From Nemertoderma westbladi (Eukaryota; Animalia; Xenacoelomorpha): a stretch of DNA of 32,861 bases. Of the stretch, positions 21,100-31,570 are shown piece by piece (the first letter of the stretch is position 1; every line of letters begins with the position of its first letter). Position numbers and translations under genes: made by a program. Under the pieces are notes generated by a model. That model had not been told where the DNA came from. It saw only the letters and a list, made by a program, of their open reading frames with translations, and did not search any database. The stretch is from positions 1-32,861 of the forward strand of contig JAUCBJ010005040.1 of assembly GCA_032718475.1 (NCBI GenBank), in the 5' to 3' direction.

Positions 21100-22556
21100 G
21101 AGCAGCTTGGTCTAGTCGGGACATTCCTGGGATTCCAATTAGGAAGCTCTGGTTCGATCCCTAGATTGGGCAGCACTGTTTGGGCACAGTGCTTTAAATG
21201 CTGCAGCCTAGCCCAACCCTTGCTTTCATCCTTCAGTGGTCGATAAATGGGAACCAAAACTTGGGAAACGGAGTGGAAGGGTTTACTGTGGAAGATCACC
21301 CATGGTAGTGAACAGGCATTACTTTAGGAAACAGAGAGGAAGGGTTTACTGTGGAAGATCACCCATGGTGGTGAACAGGCATTCCTTTAGGAAACAGAGT
21401 TGAAGGGTTTACTGTGGAAGATAACCATGGTGGTGAATATGCATTCCTTTATGAAACAGTGTGGAAGGGTTTACTGTGGAAGATCACCTATGGTGGTGAA
21501 CAGGAATTCCTTTAGGAAACAGAATGGAAGGGTGTACTGTGGAAGATTACCCATCATGGTGGTGAACAGGCATTCCTTTAGGAAACAGAGTGGAAGGGTT
21601 TACTGTGGAAGATCACCCATAGCAGTGAACATGCATTCCTTTAGGAAACAGAATGGAAGGGTGTACTGTGGAAGATCACCCATGGTAGTGAACAGGCATT
21701 ACTTTAGGAAACAGAGAGGAAGGGTTTACTGTGGAAGATCACCTATGGTGGTGAACAGGAATTCCTTTAGGAAACAGAATGGAAGGGTGTACTGTGGAAG
21801 ATTACCCATCATGGTGGTGAACAGGCATTCCTTTAGGAAACAGAGTGGAAGGGTTTACTGTGGAAGATCACCCATAGCAGTGAACATGCATTCCTTTAGG
21901 AAACAGAATGGAAGGGTGTACTGTGGAAGATCACCCATGGTAGTGAACAGGCATTACTTTAGGAAACAGAGAGGAAGGGTTTACTGTGGAAGATCACCCA
22001 TGGTGGTGAACAGGCATTCCTTTAGGAAACAGAATGGAAGGGTGTACTGTGGAAGCTCACCCATGGTAGTGAACAGGCATTACTTTAGGAAACAGAGAGG
22101 AAGGGTTTACTGTGGAAGATCACCCATGGTGGTGAACAGGCATTCCTTTAGGAAACAGAGTGGAAGGGTTTACTGTGGAAGATCACCCATGGTGGTGAAC
22201 AGGAATTCCTTTAGGAAACAGAATGGAAGGGTGTACTGTGGAAGATTACCCATCATGGTGGTGAACACGCATTCCTTTAGGAAACAGAGTGGAAGGGTTT
22301 ACTGTGGAAGATCACCCATGGTGGTGAACAGGCATTCCTTTAGGAAACAGAGTGGAAGGTTTTACTGTGGAAGATAACCCATGGTGGTGAACAGGCATTC
22401 CTTTAGGAAACAGAGTGGAAGAGTTTACTGTGGAAGATCACCCATGGTGATGAACAGGCATTCCTTTAGGGAATTGAGTGGAAGGGTTTACTGTGGAAGA
22501 TCACCCATGGTGGTAAATTGGCATTCCTTGGCTTAATGAGCCTAATTCTCCCATTC
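21100..22556 (+). mobile_element. tRNA-derived SINE (Nin/Deu-like core) with internally amplified 63-bp array
   Basis: Pol III A box TGGTCTAGTCGG (about 21108) and B box GGTTCGATCCC (21151). Core TTTCATCCTTCAGTGGTCGATAAATGGGAACCA resembles the Nin/Deu SINE core. 3' hairpin GGCTTAATGAGCC. Candidate TSD ATAATTCTGA at 21092-21101 and 22557-22566. Confidence 0.75.
21276..22530. repeat. 63-bp (occasionally 66-bp) tandem array, ~20 units
   Basis: Unit GGAAGGGTTTACTGTGGAAGATCACCCATGGTGGTGAACAGGCATTCCTTTAGGAAACAGAGT. Confidence 0.96.
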
Positions 22557-22592
22557 ATAATTCTGATATAATTATTAATATAATTCTGATCA

Positions 22593-22670
22593 CATCGGTT
22601 CCTTCTTCAGCGCATCCTCATTGCCTTCTTAATCGGCAATAATGCATCGATTCTTGGGACCATAGACCAT
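22593..22670 (+). pseudogene. possible C-terminal scrap of a CRE-like non-LTR retroelement
   Basis: HRFLLQRILIAFLIGNNASILGT resembles the FL.QR.SIA.QRGNAAS.LGT C-terminal motif of CRE-like elements. Short and diverged. Confidence 0.4.
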
Positions 22671-23499
22671 GCAATCACAGGACTTTATGCCATCCTAGAA
22701 GACAGTGCCGCTTCTTAACTCATCGCAATCGCAAAGCCAGAAAACGTGGTCAACATCTTTGTAAAGTGTAACTAATAGAAACTCGAATAAATGATTAATT
22801 TTAATTGAAATAAACTATTATAGTATTTAATATGATCAATTATTGTTAGGAGTTATGGATGTAAAGGTAAAGTATATTTGTTTCATCATTGTTATCGTTG
22901 CACTTTCAGCAAACTTAAGTAATTTTTAGCATAAATTTCCATTAATTTATTTCGATATATAATTAATAGATTGACCTTAGGAATAAATCCATAAGAGTAC
23001 GCAAAATAAAAACATCTGTTAGACCTCTCTGCCCCAAATAGTCCCCCGATTTCCGCAATAACACCAATAGGCCCACAATCTTAAAACATTATTATAGTCT
23101 ACAATTCACAACGAATGTTAACAATTTACATGGACAAGTCTAGTCGCTGCATAAATGTTATGGGTTTGACTTTTCCGCGTTGGTGTAGCCTACGCGTAGG
23201 CTACGCGTAGGCGATGGAATGCAGTTTCGCGTAGGTAAATTTGTTGCGTAGGCAACCAATGAATGAATCGAACTACAGTAGAGCCTTTATAAAAGAGAGA
23301 AATATTCAAATTTGCTCAATCCTACAAACAATAAAGTTGTTCGGCAGTTTGGTGTGTTACGATAGTGGAGTACAGCAGCCTGCAGTAAGGCAGTAGTGCT
23401 GGTGCAGTGATGTAATATATATCTATCTTAGGCGATGCTATGACTGCGGCACCGACGAAGCACATTTCCGCGCTTTTCTTTCCAACGTACGTAACGCAG

Positions 23500-23615
23500 C
23501 AGGTGGGTGGGAATGTGGGAAGGTGGGTGTGGAGATTGATGGGAATGTGGGATGATGGGAATGTGGGAAGATTGGAAAGTGGGAAGGTAGATGGGAATGT
23601 GGGAAGGTGTGTGGG
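23500..23615. repeat. G-rich degenerate repeat (GGGAATGTGGGAAGGT)n
   Basis: gggaatgtggga and close variants recur about five times. Confidence 0.7.
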
Positions 23616-23619
23616 CCCG

Positions 23620-23900
23620 GATGTTTATTTATTGTTTTGGTTAGAAAAGCCCGCCTCTGTAACCTGCTCCTTTCCACCAATTGGTAGTTATCAACAACGT
23701 TTATTGTTTTGGTTAGAAAACCGAAACCATATATAACCTGCTCAACACACGTTTATTGTTTTGGTTATGAGGGAGGTAACAACAACATCGTTTATTGTTT
23801 GGTTTGCAAATCCCGATTATGTAAACTGCTTTATTTACTGAATTGGTAACAATATAAATTATTGTTCTGGATAAAAAGCCCGCCTCTGAAACCTGCTCGG
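23620..23900. repeat. degenerate inverted copies of the 68-bp repeat family
   Basis: tttattgttttggttagaaaagcccgcctctgtaacctgctcctttcc is the reverse complement of the 16905-17395 unit. About 5 decayed units. Confidence 0.8.
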
Positions 23901-24866
23901 TAAATAAAATATCTCGAGCTGGCCTATAGTTAGTAGTGAAAGTAATATTCTACATTATTTACAAAGCCTTGAATAATTATTAGGCCTACTATTACCACAT
24001 TCTGACATTGTAGGCTAATGACACGAAATGTGAAAATAGCTAGGTAATCGAATCATCCAACATACTGTACAGACAAGGGTTATCCAATATCCATCGCGAT
24101 CTAGGATCGGGGTCTGATCTTATCATTCACGGCATTCTGAGGAGCTGGTCCAGCACATTGTCACGTAGTGACAGAACATTGTCCGCAGGAACACTTACCG
24201 GCAACAATAAATGCACTAGGCCCTACATAAAATCTTTACAGGTTGAGTCATACAATTCAGTCTGCACTGGCACGGGCAGGGACTCTTACACTTTGCCGTG
24301 CCATTATAGGCCTACAGTAGCAATTTTTTGATATAATAAAGTGATCTTAAAATATTTGTTCTGGAACAAAATTATTTTTATATTATATGAATAGATATTA
24401 TGTTGTAGAACAAACACATTTAAAAAAAGTAACAAAAACTAGCTAGTATTAAAAATTTATACAAAGATAACATACAATAAAAAATTAACATATTAGCTAG
24501 TGCTTAGTTGCGCAAATAATAATAATATCTCACCACCGAGAGAAAGCCGCCCCAATATTAGATTATAACAACAACATTTCCATTGGGTAAGAATGTGGAG
24601 AACAGCCAGGCCCGACTCTCAATTTTTTACTTTATATTACGCGATCAATTTTCACTCATCTCGTCATGAACACAACATGTATGTAAACTTTTGATAAATT
24701 TGTTGGCTATGCGTTTGCGGCTGTTTGGGCGGGGTGTGGTAGGCCTACACTTTTCACACTGAAACATTTTGGTTGTGAAATGTTCAGGGCACAGCGATCA
24801 GAGATATTTCATATATATTTTATTATGAGAGGAAGAAGAACATACAACGTTATTTACTATATTATA

Positions 24867-26591
24867 CTAGAAAGGCATTTCCTAAAGGAAATGCAACCAC
24901 GAAGCTAAGGAAAATTAAACAAAGGGCCACAATTTGGTTTGTTGCTTAGCCTAGTTTAGTAGCATTTGCCAATAAATAACTTCTATTCCCATGGAAACTA
25001 GAGTTCTCTGGAACTGTTGGTTTTACATTTGAAAAAAGATTCAGTCCAGATTGTAGTTCAGATAACATACCGAGTTTCAGAAAATATTGTAGTTTATGTC
25101 CAAATTACCGATTTTCTATCAAAATGCATCTGTTTGCAGTGGTTGTCATGGAAACTGAAAAATAGAACAATGTAATTCGGATGCAGAATAAGTCATATAG
25201 TGGGGGTAGGTGTTGGTCCCAAGTCATAATACTATTAACTTGTGTTTCAAATGATCATTTTAGAAATTTTAACATCTGTTTAGTCTTGTTGCTATGGTAA
25301 TTGGATTGTGTAATTAACCTCGAATGGATTGTATATGGACCGTACAGATGAGTTGCAAAACCCCAAATTTATATTTATTACATTATTTTGATACAAATAG
25401 AGTATTGAATTTAGACTTGAATGATATAGACTTTAATAAACTCCAGTTACCATGGTAACAAGATATTTCTGGAATGTTTTCAGTTTCACTAAAAGTTCCA
25501 ACTAATGATCCAGATAACACATTCCCAGTTTCGTAAAATTTTATCGCGAACTCTATGTCCAAATGAGTTATCTTTGTATACAAACATCTGTTTTCAGCGG
25601 TTGTTATGGTAACTGCAAAATTAAACAATGAAATTCGGACGCAGAATAAGTCATATAGTGGGGGTAGGGGTTGGTCCCAAGACATAACACCTTAACCTTA
25701 GGCTTCAAATTAACATTTTATAAATTTTAACATCTGTTTAGTCTTGTTGCTATGGTAACAGGATTTTCTAATTAACCTCGAACCGGAATGGCTTGGATAT
25801 GGACCTTATATGAGTTGCAAAACCCCAAGTTTATATATATTACAGTTCTGCTACAAATAGAGTTATCAATATAGATTTGAATGATATAGAGTTTAATAAA
25901 CTACAGTTACCATGGTAACTAAATTTCTGGAATAATTTAAGTTTCACTAAAAGTTCCAACTAATGGTCCAGATAACACATACCCAGTTTTGTAAAATTTT
26001 ATCGTGAAGTCTATGTCCAAATGAATAAGTTTTGAATAAGAACATCTGTTTTCAGCGGTTGTCATGGTAACTGAAAAATAGAACAATGTAATTCGGATGC
26101 AGAATAAGTTATATAGTGGGGGTAGGGGTTGGTCCCAAGTCATAACACCTTAACCTTAGGCTTCAAATTAACATTTTGTAAATTTTAACATCTGTCTAGC
26201 CCGGTTGCCAAGGCAACTGGATTTTCTATTGAACCTCAATCGGCTCTGCTATGGACCTTATAGTTGTGTTGCGAAACCCCAAGTTTATATCTATTATAGT
26301 TTTCCTACAAATAGAGTTATAAATATTGACTTGAAATACATAGACTTTTTTTGAAGTCCGTTGCCATGGAAACCAGATTTTTCCTGGATATGAGACCCAT
26401 CCCACACGACGCGCCTCAATGAGTAGTACATACATGCAAAATTTCAGGGTACTTTTAAAGGCTAGTTTTTTCCCCGACCAAAAAAAACCAAATCTGCTCC
26501 ATACAAGTAAAATAGCCCACTATGAATAGACCATCTCAGCTAAGGAAAATCTTTCTTAGCGAAAGTAGTTGATTTTCCTTAGCTTCGTGGA
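24867..26591 (-). mobile_element. non-autonomous Helitron-like element, copy 1
   Basis: On the minus strand: A|TC start, CTAG|T end, and hairpin GCATTTCCTTTAGGAAATGC 4 nt before CTAG. Sub-terminal inverted repeat CCACGAAGCTAAGGAAAAT at both ends. Internal tandem units of about 153/460 bp. Confidence 0.85.
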
Positions 26592-26652
26592 TGTAACTAA
26601 ATAATTGTTTTTGGGTTTGGAAGCCTCCCCAAAGAGTTGATATACGATTATA

Positions 26653-27923
26653 CGAGAAAGGCATTTCCTAAAGGAAATGCAACCACGAAGCTAAGGAAAA
26701 TTAAACAAACGGCCACACTTTGGTTCGTTGCTTAGCCTCGTTTAGTAGCAATTGTCAATAATTAACTTCTATTCCCATGGAAACTAGAGTTCTCTGGAAC
26801 TGTTGCTTTAACCTTTGAAAAAAAATTCAGTACAAATTGTGGTTCAGATAACACATATATATACTGAGTTTCAGAAAATATTGTAGTTTATGTCCAAATT
26901 ACCGATTTTCTATCAAAATGCATCTGTTTGCAGTGGTTGTCATGGAAACTGAAAAATAGAACAATGTAATTCGGATGCAGAATAAGTCATATAGTGGGGG
27001 TAGGGGTTAGTCCCAAGTCATAATACTATTAACTTGTGCTTCAAATTATCATGTTATAAATTTTAACATCTGTTTAGACTTGTTGCTATGGTAACTGTAT
27101 TTTCTAATTAACCTCAAACGGCTTGGATATGGATCTTATAGATGAGTTGCAAAACCCCAAGTTTATATATATTACAGTTTTGCTACAAATAGAGTTATCA
27201 ATATAGATTTGAATGATATAGAGTTTAATAAACTACAGTTACCATGGTAACTAAATTTCTGGAATAATTTAAGTTTCACTAAAAGTTCCAACTAGTGGTC
27301 CAGATAACACATTCCCAGTTTTGTAAAATTTTATCGTGAAGTCTATGTCCAAATGAATAAGTTTTGAATAAAAACATATGTTTTCAGCGGTTGTCATGGT
27401 AACTGAAAAATAGAACAATGTAATTCGGATGCAGAATAAGTTATATAGTGGGGGTAGGGGTTGGTCCCAAGTCATAACACCTTGCCCTTAGGCTTCAAAT
27501 TAACATTTTATAAATTTTAACATCTGTTTATCCCGGTTGCCAAGGTAACTGGATTTTCTATTTAGCCTCAATCGGATCTGCTATGGACCTTATAGTTGTG
27601 TTGCGAAACCCCAAGTTTATATCTATTATAGTTTTCCTACAAATAGAGTTATAAATATTGACTTGAAATACATAGACTTTTTTTGAAGTCCGTTGCCATG
27701 GAAACCAGATTTTTCCTGGATATGAGACCCGGCCCAAAAGATGCGCCTCGTCGAGTAGTATATACATGCAAAATTTCAGGGTACTTTTAAAGGCTAGTTT
27801 TTTCGCCTATCAAAAAACCCCAAATCTGCCTCACACAAGTAAAATAGCCCACTATGAATAGACCATCTCAGCTAAGGAAAATCTTTCTTAGCGAAAGTAG
27901 TTGATTTTCCTTAGCTTCGTGGA
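26653..27923 (-). mobile_element. non-autonomous Helitron-like element, copy 2
   Basis: Same termini (3' CTAG changed to CTCG). One ~460-bp internal unit fewer than copy 1. Confidence 0.85.
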
Positions 27924-27933
27924 TTTAAAATTA

Positions 27934-29185
27934 CTAGAAAGGCATTTCCTAAAGGAAATGCAACCACGAAGCTAAGGAAAATTAGACACTCTTTGACTCA
28001 TCAGTTCATTGATTTACCGAGTTAAAAGAACTCCCGGTATTGCCAAGGTAACTGGACTTTTCTAGAAATGCTGAGTTTTACATTAAGATCTAGTTTGTGG
28101 TTCCAGGTGACACATCGACTTCAAGGAAGCTTCATTGAGTAGTTTATGTGCAAAATTAATTATTAATTTGTTAAAAAGTCTGTTTGCAGTGGTTGTTAAG
28201 GTAACTGGCAAATAGAACAACGTAGATTGGATGCAGAATAAGTGATATTATGGTGGTAGGGGTTGGTCCCAAGTCATAATGCCTTTAACTTGTGTTTCTA
28301 ATTATAATTTTTTAAATTATAACATCTGTTTAGCCTGGTTACCAAGGTAACTGGATTTTCTAATTAACCACAATTGGCTCCTCTAAGGACCTTCCTTATA
28401 GTTGAGTTGGGAAACCCAATATTTATATCTAATACAGTTTTCCTACAAACAAGAGTTAAAAATATAGACTTGAATGATATTGACTTTAATAAGCTCCAGT
28501 TACCATGGTAACTAGATATTTCTGGAATGTTTTGAGTTTCACTAAAAGTTCCAACTAGTGGTCCAGATAACACATACCAGTTTTGTAAAATTTTATCGTG
28601 AAGTCTATGTCCAAATGAATAATTGTTGTATAAAAACATCTGTTTTCAGCGGTTGTCATGGTAACTGCAAAATAGAACAATCAAATTCGGACGCAGAATA
28701 AGTTATATAGTGGGGGTAGGGATTGGTCCCAAGTCATCACACCTTAACCTTAGGCTTCAAATTAACATTTTAAAAATTTTAACATCTGTTTAGCCCGGTT
28801 GCCAAGGTAACTGGATTTTCTATTTAACCTCAATTGGCTCTGCTATGGACCTTATAGTTGTGTTGAGAAACCCCAAGTTTATATGTATTATAGTTTTCCT
28901 ACAAATAGAGTTAGAAATATTGACTTGAAATACATAGACTTTTTTCTAAGTCCGTTGCCATGGAAACCAGATTTTTCCTGGATATGAGACCCATCCCACA
29001 CGACGCGCCTTGATGAGTTGTATATACATGCAAAATTTCAGGGTACTTTTAAAGGCTAGTTTTTTCACCTATCAAAAAACACTAAATCTGCTCCATACAA
29101 GTAAAACAGCCCACTATGAATAGACCATCTCAGCTAAGGAAAATCTTTCTTAGCGAAAGTAGTTGATTTTCCTTAGCTTCGTGGA
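27934..29185 (-). mobile_element. non-autonomous Helitron-like element, copy 3
   Basis: Same termini. The interior at about 27985-28400 is a diverged variant. Confidence 0.85.
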
Positions 29186-29271
29186 TTTCCATGGTCATGG
29201 TCATTCACCCGTCTTTAATTAGAAATTTGTTTGCATGAAAGACAGTTTAGTTTGGTTTTTACTGATTATTA

Positions 29272-30463
29272 CTAGAAAGGCATTTCCTAAAGGAAATGCA
29301 ACCACGAAGCTAAGGACAATTAAACAAAGGGCCACAATTTGGTTTGTTGCTTAGCCTAGTTTAGTAGCATTTGCCAATAAATAACTTATATTCCCATGGA
29401 AACTAGAATTCTCTGGAACTGTTGGTTTTACCTTTGAAAAAAGATTCAGTCCAGATTGTGGTTCAGATAAAGATAACACATATCGAGTTTCAGAAAATAT
29501 TGTAGTTTATGTCCAAATTACCGATTTTCTATCAAAATGCATCTGTTTGCAGTGGTTGTCACGGAAACTGAAAAATAGAACAATGTAATTCGGATGCAGA
29601 ATAAGTCATATAGTGGGGGTAGGGGTTAGTCTGAAGTTATAATACTATTAACTTGTATTTCAAATTATCATTTTATAAATTTTAACATCTGTTTAGACCT
29701 GGTGCTATGGTAACTGTATTTTCTAATTAACCTCAAACGGCTTGGATATGGATCTTATAGATGAGTTGCAAAACCCCAAGTTTATATATATTACAGTTTT
29801 GCCTCAAATAGAGTTATCAATATAGACTTGAATGATATAGAGTTTAATAAACTACAGTTACCATGGTGACTAAATTTCTGGAATAATTAAAGTTTTACTA
29901 AAAGTTCCAACTAGTGGTCCAGATAACACAAACCCAGTTTTGTAAAATTTTATCGCTAAGTCTATGTCCAAGTGAATAATTTTTGTATAAAAACATCTGT
30001 TTTCAGCGGTTGTCATGGTAACTGAAAAATAGAACAATGTAATTCGGATGCAGAATAAGTTATATAGTGGGGGTAGGGATTGGTCCCAAGTCATAACACC
30101 TTGCCCGTAGGCCTCAAATTAACATTTTATAAATTTTAACATCTGTTTATCCCGGTTGCCAAGGTAACTGGATTTTCTATTTAGCCTCAATCGGATCTGC
30201 TATGGACCTTATAGTTGTGTTGCGAAACCCCAAGTTTATATCTATTATAGTTTTCCTACAAATAGAGTTATAAAGATTGACTTGAAATACATAGACTTTT
30301 TTTGAAGTCCGTTTCCATGGAAACCAGATTTTTCCTGGATATGAGACCCAGCCCAAAAGATGCGCCTCGACGAGAAGTATATACAAGCAAAATTTCAGGG
30401 TACTTTTAAAGGCTAGTTTTTTCACCTATCAAAAAACCCCAAATCTGCCTCATACAAGTAAAA
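29272..30463 (-). mobile_element. non-autonomous Helitron-like element, copy 4 (5'-truncated)
   Basis: Intact CTAG/hairpin end at 29272. Homology stops at catacaagtaaaa (about 30463), so the other terminus is missing. Flanked by a 16-bp direct repeat. Confidence 0.85.
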
Positions 30464-30592
30464 TTTTTTACTGATTATTATCTCTTATCTGACTGGGGTA
30501 ATAATAAAGGATAGGATAAATGGAAGCAAAGTGTGACAGTAACAAATATTTCCCCGTCACCCTAGCATGTCTTAAGTATATGATATCACAAA

Positions 30593-30641
30593 GGGGGAAG
30601 TTTGGATTCACTGCATAAATGCAGTTCACCAAACTTCCCCC
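30593..30641. other. strong isolated hairpin
   Basis: GGGGGAAGTTTGG-attc-ACTGCAT-aa-ATGCAGT-tca-CCAAACTTCCCCC. Confidence 0.8.
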
Positions 30642-31490
30642 GAATGCACACTGTAACTTCCCCCTTCCCCCAAATATCCACTGTTAAATTAATTTGAAGC
30701 GATATAATAAGTACAAAATTGTGCGAGTTTTTAATTGTGTGGTCCATTTGTTATTTGATCTCTATTTATTGTTTAAAGTGCATTTAATATCACACTGGTT
30801 TTTTAGAATATTACAACCTTATGTTTTATTTATTAACCCAATCGAAGCCTCATAAGGGCCGGTTATTTGTACGCATATCCCCTAATGCGCTCAGTAAGGT
30901 TCAAACAACATATTAATATGAAAATAAAGTATCTGCAAAGAAAATAACCCAATACTATATAATTTGACCTTATTAAAAAATTTGCACTTTTGCACACTTA
31001 TTTGTACAAGTGCACTTCAGCAGATCGTAATGGTGGTTCTTATTTAACAAACTTATGTTTATCCTCTACCGATCTACGATGGTGTATGATCAAGTGTCAG
31101 TCACTAAAAGTGTAAAAAATCTAATTTAATAAATCGCGACATTTGCGATTTTGGACCATATTCATGGGCATTTTAAGTCACTTTATATACATAAAAAGTT
31201 AAACAAATGTTACGATTATAGTTAGAAATCACTCCAAACTACATTTTAATCCAAAAAATAACATTCTACGATGAATGGAACTGGAAATAATAGTGTTTGA
31301 AATATCGAAAAAATGTGTACTTTTTAAGTGCATTATGCACTAAGTGCACATGCGTTTTCCCAAGTTGTATCCTATTTCACACACTACAATCTATCCTCTA
31401 TCCAATGAAAAAAGTTTCAGATCAAACGGCCCAGTAGAACAGAAGTTATTGATGTTTAAAAATAATCACTCGAAAATTTCAAATTCTCTT

Positions 31491-31570
31491 GGTCACGTAG
31501 TCTAGTGGTAATCAATCACCTTAACGATACGATCACCTTAAGTTCGTGGGTTCGAAACCCAATATGACCA
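31491..31570 (+). pseudogene. tRNA-like sequence (pseudo-tRNA or SINE head)
   Basis: GGTCA...TGACCA acceptor-like ends, A box TAGTCTAGTGG and T-arm/B box TGGGTTCGAAACCCA. The anticodon arm is disrupted by a duplicated ATCACCTTAA. Confidence 0.6.

Noticed and set aside
21400-22377. 325-aa ORF as a real gene
   Set aside because: TTG start, lies wholly within the 63-bp array of a SINE, and has no splice or domain support.
21276-22530. CRISPR-like array (also 9207-9540, 16905-17395)
   Set aside because: Units are contiguous tandem repeats with no unique spacers. Eukaryotic context and no cas genes.
24197-24222. Possible minus-strand micro-exon (tttatgtag...gtaagt)
   Set aside because: Only about 24 nt, with no partner exons or recognisable peptide. 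Expected by chance.
25383-30425. Repeated short minus-strand ORFs (MTWDQPLPPLY..., MY.LL.EA...)
   Set aside because: They recur only because the non-coding Helitron interior is repeated. Indels break them between copies.
31491-31570. Functional tRNA gene
   Set aside because: No well-formed anticodon stem-loop and an imperfect acceptor stem.
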